A stretch of DNA of 48,694 nucleotides from a virus (taxonomy: Duplodnaviria > Caudoviricetes), in the IMG/VR virus record IMGVR_UViG_3300033153_005799, positions 1 through 48,694 of that record; one strand, 5' to 3'. The translations under genes and the position numbers were made by a program. The notes under the pieces were generated by a model that was given only the letters and a program-made list of their open reading frames with translations, was not told the origin of the DNA and did not search any database. Of this stretch, positions 7,690 through 16,583 are shown piece by piece (position 1 is the stretch's first letter; the number at the start of each line of letters is the position of its first letter).

Positions 7690-8421
7690 ATGACCTTACA
7701 AAACGCAAAGGATGTAACAACAGGATCAGAGTTTATTAAGGCAATGGTAGTCGGGGACTATGGAATGGGAAAGTCTGTCTTTGGTTCCACCTTTCCAACT
7801 CCAGGCCATGTCTTTGATATTGACAAGCATATTCTCATTTATAGAGGGTTGGACTTTAGCTACTCCCAATATCCTATAACTTCCCTTGGGTGGGTAGACT
7901 TTGAGAAAGACCTTCTTGAAGTTGAGAAGAAGGTTAAGGCCGGAGAGTTAAAGACTGTTATTGTAGATAGTACTACATCAATGACAGACTTGGCAATGGA
8001 ACGAGCACTTCAACTTGATCCCAAAAGAAATCCCGCTACCCAAGGCCCACTGTGGAATGTCCACTACCAGATTGTCAAAAATCTTATGGAAGGTAAGTTA
8101 AGAAGATTAATTTCCCTCGAGTGTAACCTTCTCATCAATGCTCACTGGAAGATAACAACTGACCAAGATACTGGTGCAATCATTTCTGCTGACCCACTAC
8201 TCACCGGTCAGCTTTCAAGTATTATCCCTGGATACTTTGACGAGATATACTATGCCTTCACTACTATGAAAGAAGGTAAGCCAGTATATAAACTTCGTAC
8301 CCTTCCGAGAGGATTTTATAAAGCTCGAAGTTGTTTCTCAGGAAAGCAAGGGCTACTTCCAGCAGAGATTCCGAATGACTATAATGTACTTGCAGAGTTA
8401 ATGAATAAAGGAGGTAAGTGA
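7690..8421 (+). CDS. Sak4-like (AAA_24) ATPase, single-strand annealing protein
   Basis: Walker A GDYGMGKS, Walker B VIVDS, GYFDE motif; lies between nuclease and SSB. Confidence 0.8.
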   Translation: MTLQNAKDVTTGSEFIKAMVVGDYGMGKSVFGSTFPTPGHVFDIDKHILIYRGLDFSYSQYPITSLGWVDFEKDLLEVEKKVKAGELKTVIVDSTTSMTDLAMERALQLDPKRNPATQGPLWNVHYQIVKNLMEGKLRRLISLECNLLINAHWKITTDQDTGAIISADPLLTGQLSSIIPGYFDEIYYAFTTMKEGKPVYKLRTLPRGFYKARSCFSGKQGLLPAEIPNDYNVLAELMNKGGK

Positions 8422-8693
8422 TGTTAGAAAGTAGTCCTAAAGATTTTAGTCTATCTGAAGCAAAAGCAGAAAGGTGTACTCCTGATTTTGAATCAATAAT
8501 TAAGAGTGCAAACAGAAGTCTTGTTAAATCAGAACGTTTCAGAGATGCTGCTTTAGAATACTTTGATGGCAGAAGAGCAAGAGATAAAATGGCTGAGTTA
8601 ATTGGCGAACTGGTGACAGAATGTAAGTTACTAGAAAATCAGCTTACTATACTTCTTGCTGCCCAAGAAAAAGAAGGAGGTGAAGCAGGTTAA
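8418..8693 (+). CDS. hypothetical coiled-coil protein
   Basis: GGAGG RBS; GTGA overlap. Confidence 0.65.
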   Translation: MMLESSPKDFSLSEAKAERCTPDFESIIKSANRSLVKSERFRDAALEYFDGRRARDKMAELIGELVTECKLLENQLTILLAAQEKEGGEAG

Positions 8694-8765
8694 TAGTAAA
8701 ACCACAAACTACAAACTACAACGACAAACCAGTTAACTTAACCACAATGAATAAGGAGATTTAAA

Positions 8766-9236
8766 ATGGAAGAACAAATTAACACCGCCTATAACCTCGA
8801 TGAAGAGTACAAACCAGACCCGCTTATCCCACAAGGCAATTACCTCGGAAGTGTAACAGCAGTTGGGTATAAAGCTGAGGCCTACTGTATTACCTGGACA
8901 ATTACCCTCGCTGACAATGGTGGTCATATGAGTGATGGTCAAACACCTATTGATGGTGGGAGAGTGTTCGCTCGTAATTGGCTGCCCAAGCCTACTGATG
9001 AAAGTGAAATGACTTCCGATGGAAGGAAAACTAAACGTCAGTCTAAAATCAATATGCTTAAAGACTTCGCTGCTGCACTTGATGTCAACATGAATACACC
9101 TGAAACAGTCAATGAGTCTATTTCCAACGGAGACTGGATAGGTATTCCAGTAGTTGTTACTGTCGGGATTTCTGAGTATCAAGGTCGTACAAGGAATGAG
9201 GTTAATAAAGTAAACCGAAGACCTGAAGAAGGATAA
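8766..9236 (+). CDS. single-stranded DNA-binding protein (DUF669-like)
   Basis: LIPQGNY N-terminus, EYQG...NEV C-terminus; position after Sak4-like gene. Confidence 0.7.
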   Translation: MEEQINTAYNLDEEYKPDPLIPQGNYLGSVTAVGYKAEAYCITWTITLADNGGHMSDGQTPIDGGRVFARNWLPKPTDESEMTSDGRKTKRQSKINMLKDFAAALDVNMNTPETVNESISNGDWIGIPVVVTVGISEYQGRTRNEVNKVNRRPEEG

Positions 9237-9244
9237 GGAGTAGT

Positions 9245-9341
9245 TTAATTACTAACAGCCCCTTGAATGATGAAAGGTTCCTTACTCCTTCCTTTCATAA
9301 TGCTTAGCCGTTACTCCATTCAAGGGGCGATTAGTAGTTAA
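9245..9341 (+). ncRNA. candidate branched RNA structure
   Basis: 11-bp plus 12-bp outer stems (GCCCCTTGAATG/CATTCAAGGGGC), inner ATGAAAGG/CCTTTCAT hairpin. Confidence 0.55.
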
Positions 9342-9344
9342 ACC

Positions 9345-9369
9345 AAGAAAGGTCAATGATTGACCTTTT
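9345..9369. promoter_or_regulatory. dispersed palindromic element, copy 3
   Basis: AAGAAAGGTCAA-TGA-TTGACCTTTT. Confidence 0.75.
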
Positions 9370-9392
9370 CAACTTAAACGAAAGGAGAAAAG

Positions 9393-9695
9393 ATGAACAA
9401 TAACACACCACCTAAGATGCCACAAATTCCAAGACCGCAAGGAAGACAAGTTAACTTCACCATTGCAGAACTTAACGCTATGACCAACACTAAGTGTCCT
9501 AAATGTGGAGGTGAAACATTTATGCAAGCTCACTTATTAAAACGAGTTTCACCACTGTTAGCTCAATCCGGCCATGTTGAAGTTTTACCAATTCAAACTT
9601 TCATTTGCACTGAGTGTAAACGTCAACTCTCACCAAAGGATGTAGAAGATGAATCTACTGAGTCTACGGACGAACTTCCAGACATTATTGCCTAA
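9393..9695 (+). CDS. zinc-ribbon protein
   Basis: CPKCG and CTEC; AAGGAG RBS. Confidence 0.75.
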   Translation: MNNNTPPKMPQIPRPQGRQVNFTIAELNAMTNTKCPKCGGETFMQAHLLKRVSPLLAQSGHVEVLPIQTFICTECKRQLSPKDVEDESTESTDELPDIIA

Positions 9696-9870
9696 TGAGC
9701 AAGAAGTGTTTATGGGTAAATATTTTAGTAAAAGAACTATTGACTTAGTGAAGACAGCTATAATTAAGACTAAAGCTGTCAGGAAGAAAGGAGTTACTAA
9801 GTCAAAGGAGAAGAAGATACCAGTAACTATTGAGCAGCTTGAATTATTGAAGAAGTTAGGATTAATATAA
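9649..9870 (+). CDS. basic hypothetical protein
   Basis: ORF in operon; ends LELLKKLGLI. Confidence 0.6.
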   Translation: MNLLSLRTNFQTLLPNEQEVFMGKYFSKRTIDLVKTAIIKTKAVRKKGVTKSKEKKIPVTIEQLELLKKLGLI

Positions 9871-9878
9871 GGAATAAA

Positions 9879-10091
9879 ATGGCTATCCCAATATGCGACC
9901 ACTGTGCAAAAACAAAACTTGGTAATTTATACAAGTATGTTAACAAAAAATATACGTTTGCTTTCTTCCTTGAGTGTTGTGTATGTAATGAATATTTTAA
10001 AGAAAAATATGCTATTCCCACTCTTGACAAAGATAAAAATTCTTTAGCTGCTATTATCTCTTATTTAAAAGAATTAAAAGGTAATAAATGA
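9879..10091 (+). CDS. small zinc-binding hypothetical protein
   Basis: CDHC and CCVC; AAGGA RBS. Confidence 0.6.
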   Translation: MAIPICDHCAKTKLGNLYKYVNKKYTFAFFLECCVCNEYFKEKYAIPTLDKDKNSLAAIISYLKELKGNK

Positions 10092-10137
10092 AGAAGTAAC
10101 AGTTACTAAGATTAATATAGAGGGATAAGGAGATTAA

Positions 10138-11430
10138 ATGGAAATAAAACTGTTTGACCCTACAGAAATAAGAGTTCGTGAAGGGATGAATAGGTACAGG
10201 AATGATATGGGAGATTTGCAAGAACTTGCTGACTCCTTTACAAGGACACGTCAAATCTTACCTATTGTAATTACAAAGGAAATGGAACTAATAGATGGTG
10301 GACGGCGCTTAGCCGCTTGTATACTTGCAGGTATTCAAGTCAAAGCTGTTTTCGAAGATGTCGTTGATGCAGCAGAGATGAGAGAGTTAGAGTTGGAGAG
10401 TAATCTCTGTAGAAAGGATTATACTCCTGCAGAATACGCCTTCGCTGTTGCAGACCTCCACAAGTTTAAAGTGGAGCAATATGGAGAAGCTGTATCAGGA
10501 GCTAAAGGTGGTCATACATTAGCTGATACAGCAAAGTTGATTGGAAAGACTAAGGGAACTGTTATCAGTCAGCTTCAAATAGTTGAAATGATTGAAGCAT
10601 TTCCACAGCTTGCTGAAGGAAAGAAAGCAAGTGAAATTAAACGAGCCTATAAAGGCCTTGAAAGAGTTGCTTCTGCTATTGAAGGAGTAAAAGAGTATGA
10701 AAAGCAAGCAGAGTTAGGTAAGAAGCTACACACTCTTAAGCAAGCGGACGCCATAGACCATATGGTTACAATGCCTAACAACTCTGTTGACATCTTATTA
10801 ACAGACCCACTGTATGGTATTGAGCACGATAGAATTGGTATTGCTGCTGGTGGTCATACTGGTGGTATGTCAGCATACGGCGTAGACTTTAGTGATGATA
10901 AATATAAAGCACTTGCAGGGTATTACTTCCTCGCCAAAGAAAGCTTCCGCTTTACTAAGTCTGATGCACACGGCTACATCTTCCACGCAATGGAGCACTT
11001 CAACTACCTCCGAGATATTTTCATGGACGTAGGATGGAGAGTTTATATTAAACCATTTATCTGGATTAAGCGCTCTACTGGTCAATGCAACGTACCTACA
11101 GCATGGCCATCCGATTGCTATGAGCAGATAATGTATATCAGGAAAGATGATTCTCGAATTATTAAGCAAGGTATGCCAAACTGGATTGAATGCCCTCCAG
11201 TCAATTCTTCAGTTAAAGTACATAAATATGAAAAGCCTATCCCTCTGTTACTTAACCTACTTGAGCGTGTTGCTCTTCCAGGACAAATGCTTTACGACCC
11301 TTTCATGGGAAGTGGCTCTGCCATTGAAGCTGCAACTATACTGAAGATGTTTTCTGTTGGAGTTGATAATGCAATAGAAGCTTATGCAGTTGCACTTGAG
11401 AGGATGAATAAACTAGAAAAGGAGAAATAA
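10138..11430 (+). CDS. ParB-like domain fused to N4/N6 DNA methyltransferase (beta-class order)
   Basis: PIVI...LIDGGRRLAA...ELESNLCRKD, HTH-like LADTAKLIGK; catalytic TDPLY; SAM-binding YDPFMGSGS. Confidence 0.88.
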   Translation: MEIKLFDPTEIRVREGMNRYRNDMGDLQELADSFTRTRQILPIVITKEMELIDGGRRLAACILAGIQVKAVFEDVVDAAEMRELELESNLCRKDYTPAEYAFAVADLHKFKVEQYGEAVSGAKGGHTLADTAKLIGKTKGTVISQLQIVEMIEAFPQLAEGKKASEIKRAYKGLERVASAIEGVKEYEKQAELGKKLHTLKQADAIDHMVTMPNNSVDILLTDPLYGIEHDRIGIAAGGHTGGMSAYGVDFSDDKYKALAGYYFLAKESFRFTKSDAHGYIFHAMEHFNYLRDIFMDVGWRVYIKPFIWIKRSTGQCNVPTAWPSDCYEQIMYIRKDDSRIIKQGMPNWIECPPVNSSVKVHKYEKPIPLLLNLLERVALPGQMLYDPFMGSGSAIEAATILKMFSVGVDNAIEAYAVALERMNKLEKEK

Positions 11431-13839
11431 ATGTTCGTAAAAACTACCGGCCCGCCAGGAGCAAAGATAATGCTTATCGGGGAAGCACCTGGAGAGGACG
11501 AGAATAGAACTGGCAAGCCTTTTATGGGCTACGCAGGAAGAACCCTCGACAAGCTATTACATCAAGCAGGAGTGAGTAGGCAAGAATGTCTTGTAACCAA
11601 CATCGCTCGGGAGAAACCTCCAGGCAATAAGATAGGTTACTTCTATGAAGACAAAGGCATGACTATTCCAAAGCCTGTGCTTCGTGAATGGCTTGAATTA
11701 TTAAAGAGTGAAATTGCAATGTACAGACCTAATATCATTGTTACTTTAGGTGCAACAGCCCTTTATGAAGTCTGTAAGCTTAAAGGATTAAAAGCTTGGA
11801 GAGGTTACCTCACCAAGTCAACCTTAGTTCCAGGAATTAAGGTACTTCCAACCTGGCATCCACAGAAAGTAAATTATGAATGGAAGCTGCACTTTGAAAC
11901 TATAATGGATTTAAGGAAAGCTGTGCAGAACAGTGAAACACCTGACTTTCCAGTAGATAATAGAATACTGGAATCCTCTCCATCTCTCAATGAGTTCCTT
12001 AGCTACCTTGAGTACCTTGAACATGAACACAGTGGTCATTTAGCAGTTGATATTGAAACTGTATCTCCTGGAAGTCATGTAGATATTATGGGGATAGCTG
12101 AGAGTGCAAAGCACTCAATGTCATTAAAGATTGTTTCTGGAAGGAAGCCTGTGTTCTCTCCAGACAGTGAAATAAAACTGTGGCAAGGTCTTTCAAGAGT
12201 ATTATCAAAGAAGCCACTCATAATGCACAACGGCAGTTATGATGCAGCTGTTCTCTGGTATAACAATGGTATTTACTGTAAAAACTTTAATGCTGACACA
12301 ATGATAGCAACGCATATATGCTGGCCAGAAACTCCACGAAGTCTTGCCTTCTTAACCAGCATTTGTCTAAACGTAGGTGCTTGGAAACACTTGTCTCAGG
12401 AAATGCCAACCTACTATAACAATCTTGACTGTGTTAATACCTATGGCTGCTGGGAAGTAATGCAAGAGGAACTAACTAAATTAGATGGATGGGATACCTT
12501 TAACTTTGAAATGTCTCAAATAGAACCAGCAACATTCCTTCAACTACAAGGTCTCTATCTTGATAAAGAAGTTCAGAAAAAGTTAATTGAAGAATCTGAC
12601 CTTAGATTGAAGACATTAGCAATTGAACTTGAAGAGGGTTTAGGTAAGAAGATAAACTTCAACTCTCCAAAGCAGTTAAAAGACTTACTCTATATAGACC
12701 TTGGACTTCCCACACAGTATAAAAGACGTAAGTCAATACATGAAACAAGGAAGGCAACATCTGATGCTGATGCTTTAACAAAGTTAGCTCGTTCAACAGA
12801 TAATCCTATCTTACTTAAAATAATAGATTGGAAAAAAACTAATAAGTTAAGAGGTTCTTTTCTAACTGCTTCTATTTCTTCAGATTCTAAAGTATATACT
12901 TGTTACAATGTAACAGGAGCTACTATGATGAAGCAAAAGAAGTATTCTGTTATAGATGATGAGGATAGTTATAAAAGCTTTGGTAGATGGAGTTCTTCGA
13001 AAAGTATTATCAGACCTTATGGCAGTGGGAACTTACAAAACATTCCTGTGCCTGCACGTAAGATGTATCCTGCGCCACCTGGGATGGTATTCCTCCAGGC
13101 AGATTACAAACAGGCTGAAGCAGTTGTTGTAGCTTATGTTAGCAATGACCAAAAACTAATGCTGTTATTTAAAGAATCATTTGGCAAGTCAAGGGAGTAC
13201 TGTGAAAAGAATAACCTTGATATACATAAAGTAACAGCCGCAGAATTACTTAATCTTCAAGTTCAAGATATAACCCCAGAACAACGCAAGTTAATAGGTA
13301 AACCTGTAAAACATGCAACTAATTATAATGCTGGCCCAGGAGTACTTGCAGCTAAAATGGGATGCAAAATAGCTGTGGCAAAAAATCTACTTAATATATA
13401 CTATTCTAAAAATCCACAACTTACTCTCTGGCATAAACGCATACAAGACGAGCTGCGTAGAACTCGTTGCCTCTCTAATTTACTAGGAAGGAAGCATAAA
13501 TTCCTTGATAGATGGCCTAATGACGGACAAGGTGGATTATTTCGTAGTGCTTACGCATTCATTCCTCAAAGTACCGTTGGAGACCTTTTAAATAAATCAC
13601 TTGTAAAGTTCTATCGTGAGTACGGCTCAAAGTACTTAGACTCACAATTACTTAGTTTAATACTTCAGCTTCATGATGCTATGTATACCTTCGTTGAAGA
13701 TAACTCTAATAGCATACAAGAAGGAATGGACTATCTACGAGGATGTATGTTACATACGCTTGTAGCTGACGGGAGAGAATTTATAATAGATGTTGACTTT
13801 AAGTATGGCCCAAGTTGGGGTGAATTGGAGGAGATATGA
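11431..13839 (+). CDS. family A DNA polymerase with N-terminal family-4-like uracil-DNA glycosylase and 3'-5' exonuclease domains
   Basis: GEAPG...GKPFMG...TWHP; exonuclease DIET, HNGSYD, YNNLD; NLQNIP, ADYKQAE, KPVKHATNY, QLHDA. Confidence 0.92.
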   Translation: MFVKTTGPPGAKIMLIGEAPGEDENRTGKPFMGYAGRTLDKLLHQAGVSRQECLVTNIAREKPPGNKIGYFYEDKGMTIPKPVLREWLELLKSEIAMYRPNIIVTLGATALYEVCKLKGLKAWRGYLTKSTLVPGIKVLPTWHPQKVNYEWKLHFETIMDLRKAVQNSETPDFPVDNRILESSPSLNEFLSYLEYLEHEHSGHLAVDIETVSPGSHVDIMGIAESAKHSMSLKIVSGRKPVFSPDSEIKLWQGLSRVLSKKPLIMHNGSYDAAVLWYNNGIYCKNFNADTMIATHICWPETPRSLAFLTSICLNVGAWKHLSQEMPTYYNNLDCVNTYGCWEVMQEELTKLDGWDTFNFEMSQIEPATFLQLQGLYLDKEVQKKLIEESDLRLKTLAIELEEGLGKKINFNSPKQLKDLLYIDLGLPTQYKRRKSIHETRKATSDADALTKLARSTDNPILLKIIDWKKTNKLRGSFLTASISSDSKVYTCYNVTGATMMKQKKYSVIDDEDSYKSFGRWSSSKSIIRPYGSGNLQNIPVPARKMYPAPPGMVFLQADYKQAEAVVVAYVSNDQKLMLLFKESFGKSREYCEKNNLDIHKVTAAELLNLQVQDITPEQRKLIGKPVKHATNYNAGPGVLAAKMGCKIAVAKNLLNIYYSKNPQLTLWHKRIQDELRRTRCLSNLLGRKHKFLDRWPNDGQGGLFRSAYAFIPQSTVGDLLNKSLVKFYREYGSKYLDSQLLSLILQLHDAMYTFVEDNSNSIQEGMDYLRGCMLHTLVADGREFIIDVDFKYGPSWGELEEI

Positions 13840-14024
13840 ATATAGAGTATAAAACATGGAGAAGAGAAGTTTGGGAGTTAACAAACCATGAAAAGCTAAC
13901 CCTTGCTCCAATATTTGAATTAGAAGCTATTGAAATTAAGTTAAGAAGAATGATTTCTGATTATAATAAAGATGGTTGTGTAGGAAATACTCTACCATTC
14001 AACACCAGAAAAGTCAACGATTGA
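13836..14024 (+). CDS. hypothetical protein
   Basis: GGAGG RBS, ATGA overlap. Confidence 0.6.
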   Translation: MNIEYKTWRREVWELTNHEKLTLAPIFELEAIEIKLRRMISDYNKDGCVGNTLPFNTRKVND

Positions 14025-14026
14025 CC
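14007..14026. promoter_or_regulatory. dispersed palindromic element, copy 4
   Basis: AGAAAAGTCAA-CGA-TTGACC. Confidence 0.75.
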
Positions 14027-14046
14027 CACGGGAGTTATAATTGCCT

Positions 14047-15261
14047 ATGTCTCGAAAACTAAAGAATTGGCTTGAAACATATGAACTGTATACAGAGAAT
14101 ACTGAAAGTGCTAAGCTATTCCACCATTGGGTAGGCTGTTCTATGATAGCAGCTGCATTGCAGAAGAAGGTATGGTTGCATCTTGGGAGAATAAAAGTCT
14201 TTCCAAACTTGTATATAGTCTTAGTTGCAGAACCGGGCATCGCACGAAAGACAGCAAGTATAAACTACGGGGTAGATATTCTCAATGAAATTGCAAGTAT
14301 ACAATTATCCGCAGATGCTATAACTAAGGAAGCTTTGCTTCAAGACCTTGAAGCTTGTGCCAGTGATGAACAGATGGCTAATGGAGATGTCTTTAGGCAC
14401 AGCTCACTTTCCATAATATCTAAAGAGTTTGAATCCTTCCTTGGACAGAAAGCTGAGAATACTAAAATGCTTGTCCTCCTTACTGACCTATTCGATTGCC
14501 AAGAAATTCCATGGAAATACAGAACAAAACATTCTGGGAGTAATATAATACCATCAGTATATATAAATATACTTGGTGCTACTACACCAGAAAGTTTAGC
14601 GTCCAGTCTTCCTGTAACAGCTATTGGTGGTGGATTGACCAGTCGTATATTATTCATCTGGGGTAGTAAGAAGCACAAGAAGATAGCTATTCCTTATATA
14701 GATGCTTCACTGTTTGAAACAAGGGGCGAATTGATACAGGACTTAGCTATTATATCTCGTATTTCTGGAGGGTATAACTTCAGTCCAGAGTGTAAAGACC
14801 AGTGGGAAAACTGGTATAATAACTATGATGAGCAAAGTCAATCAAGGATATGTAAAGACATTGCTTTCAATGGTTGGTACTCTAGAAAACCTATGTTCAT
14901 TTTAAAGCTGGCACTAATTCATGCTGCTTGTAGACACAGTAATTTAATACTTGAGTGGCAAGATATTGAAACTGGCCTTAGACATATGGAACAAGCTGAA
15001 CAAGCTATGAGTAAAACCTTTGTTGCTGTTGGAAGGAGTGATGTGTCTCCAGAGGTTAATGCTGTTGCAGACATTATACAAGGGGAAGGAACTATTTCCG
15101 AACCTGCTCTAATGCAACGAGTGTGGAGAGATGTTGATGCTAAGAAGTTTGATAATGTAATTGCTACTGTGATTCGAAGGGGTCTTGCAAGGAGAGGGTT
15201 TGAAGGTCCACTCGGAGAAAAAGGAATTTATTACTATGCAACAAACAGTAAAGGGTACTAA
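14047..15261 (+). CDS. DUF3987-like P-loop protein, probable replicative helicase
   Basis: PNLYIVLVAEPGIARKT, degenerate Walker B SKEF, GGGLTSRI arginine-finger-like motif; follows the polymerase. Confidence 0.7.
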   Translation: MSRKLKNWLETYELYTENTESAKLFHHWVGCSMIAAALQKKVWLHLGRIKVFPNLYIVLVAEPGIARKTASINYGVDILNEIASIQLSADAITKEALLQDLEACASDEQMANGDVFRHSSLSIISKEFESFLGQKAENTKMLVLLTDLFDCQEIPWKYRTKHSGSNIIPSVYINILGATTPESLASSLPVTAIGGGLTSRILFIWGSKKHKKIAIPYIDASLFETRGELIQDLAIISRISGGYNFSPECKDQWENWYNNYDEQSQSRICKDIAFNGWYSRKPMFILKLALIHAACRHSNLILEWQDIETGLRHMEQAEQAMSKTFVAVGRSDVSPEVNAVADIIQGEGTISEPALMQRVWRDVDAKKFDNVIATVIRRGLARRGFEGPLGEKGIYYYATNSKGY

Positions 15262-15349
15262 CAAAGGCGGATTTAAAGATTTTATAAGACTGTTATTATT
15301 TATTTGGGGAATAGTTGCAGTCAAACAAGTGGTTCAAATGTTGTTTTGA
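15236..15349 (+). CDS. 37-aa membrane peptide (not in ORF track)
   Basis: AAGGA upstream; hydrophobic LLLFIWGIVAV. Confidence 0.4.
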   Translation: MQQTVKGTNKGGFKDFIRLLLFIWGIVAVKQVVQMLF

Positions 15350-15352
15350 ATA

Positions 15353-15440
15353 TCCAATTCTATGGGTGTAGGATGCCCAGAATTGGACGATCTATTTTTA
15401 TACACACCATTGTAGGCGTAAAATAATAATCCAATTCTGG
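15353..15440. terminator. hairpin(s) at the convergence of the two transcription arms
   Basis: TCCAATTCT/AGAATTGGA inverted repeat, T-rich downstream, second TCCAATTCTGG copy. Confidence 0.45.
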
Positions 15441-15456
15441 AAGTCTCACAGGCCAG

Positions 15457-15852
15457 TTATGGTGCTGTTAAGACCTTCATTCTATTAGCCTTATCAATAC
15501 TACTGTCACCAAAATTATCTACAGCTTCATATATCCATTTAGCTCTTAGTTCATTCATATCTCTTTCAAGACACATTTCATGTAAGATTTCATCTACCCT
15601 ATATCTCCACTTATGTTCTAAGTAACCATGACACATTAAACCATACAAGCCGTCATGTACACAGGAAGGAGCAATAAAGTTCTTTGTTTTAAAGGTGGGA
15701 CCAGAAGGCTCAAAGCAAAATCCTACTTTCATTACAAGTAAACCTTTAATTAAGTCAACATATTGTGTCCTAATTATTCTATCTACTGCAATGTTAGTTT
15801 GATAACTCCAAGTCTCGTAGACTCTAAAGCCTTGAACCTTCTGGTATTTCAT
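15457..15852 (-). CDS. DUF1353-like protein
   Basis: GF...SGP...SCVHDGLY...DEIL...M...RAKWIYEAV pattern. Confidence 0.65.
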   Translation of the reverse strand: MKYQKVQGFRVYETWSYQTNIAVDRIIRTQYVDLIKGLLVMKVGFCFEPSGPTFKTKNFIAPSCVHDGLYGLMCHGYLEHKWRYRVDEILHEMCLERDMNELRAKWIYEAVDNFGDSSIDKANRMKVLTAP

Positions 15853-16034
15853 TATTTAGCTTTTACACTAATAGGTTCTTTAGTAATAGCTCGAAGAACC
15901 AAATTAATACCTGCAACCACAATAGCTACAATCTCTGGTGCAGCAGCAACTTCTGGCATATTTATAAAGTATAATGCTGCGCCTGTAATTACGTTAAACA
16001 AAATTGTCTTGCTTTTCCAAAAAGGTTTCATCAT
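15852..16034 (-). CDS. holin-like membrane protein
   Basis: KPFWKSKTI start, two hydrophobic segments, INLVLRAITKEP. Confidence 0.7.
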   Translation of the reverse strand: MMKPFWKSKTILFNVITGAALYFINMPEVAAAPEIVAIVVAGINLVLRAITKEPISVKAK

Positions 16035-16140
16035 TTTCTGTTATCTCCTTCTTATGAATTAATATTATAGCACAGATAAATAATGTAACTACTGCGCCAG
16101 TGAACAGACCAACAAGTATTCCTGTCCAGTAAGGATTCAT
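15994..16140 (-). CDS. 48-aa single-TM protein (not in ORF track)
   Basis: TAATG coupling; MNPYWTGILVGLFTGAVVTLFICAIILIH. Confidence 0.5.
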   Translation of the reverse strand: MNPYWTGILVGLFTGAVVTLFICAIILIHKKEITENDETFLEKQDNFV

Positions 16141-16562
16141 TATAACTCTGTCTCGGCAGTTTTGTAAAAGCCTTTCAGTAAAGCTCTTACACTCTTGACA
16201 TACTCTGGTCTATCATCTGGTAGTATCTCGCTCATATCGAGCTTGATACCATACAGATCAATTCCAGACTTAACCAACAGTATCAGTTCCCTGTCTTTAG
16301 GATACTTATCTAAAGCATAAGTATAGGCGAGTTGCAGAACATCTTCGTTAAACAACTCAGCATCAGATAGAGTTAAAACCCCTTTAATATACGGCTTAGC
16401 TTTAACGACAAACTCAGGATATTTATACTTAAAGTAAGATCCTAAATTCCTTCCAAAGGTTTCATACTTAGCTACCTGATTATTAGGGTCAATTTGAATT
16501 AAACAACTACTAAAACTAAGTAGCATAACCATAGCCAATAGAACTAAACAAACTCTTTTCAT
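16140..16562 (-). CDS. predicted lipoprotein (lysis region)
   Basis: signal peptide ending FSSC at residue 20; GGAGG RBS. Confidence 0.65.
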   Translation of the reverse strand: MKRVCLVLLAMVMLLSFSSCLIQIDPNNQVAKYETFGRNLGSYFKYKYPEFVVKAKPYIKGVLTLSDAELFNEDVLQLAYTYALDKYPKDRELILLVKSGIDLYGIKLDMSEILPDDRPEYVKSVRALLKGFYKTAETEL

Positions 16563-16583
16563 AACTTCCTCCTTTCCTTTTGT

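Noticed and set aside
11431-13839. Z-genome or other base-substitution pathway implied by the unusual polymerase
   Set aside because: No PurZ, dNTP hydrolase, thymidylate synthase or 7-deazaguanine genes recognised.
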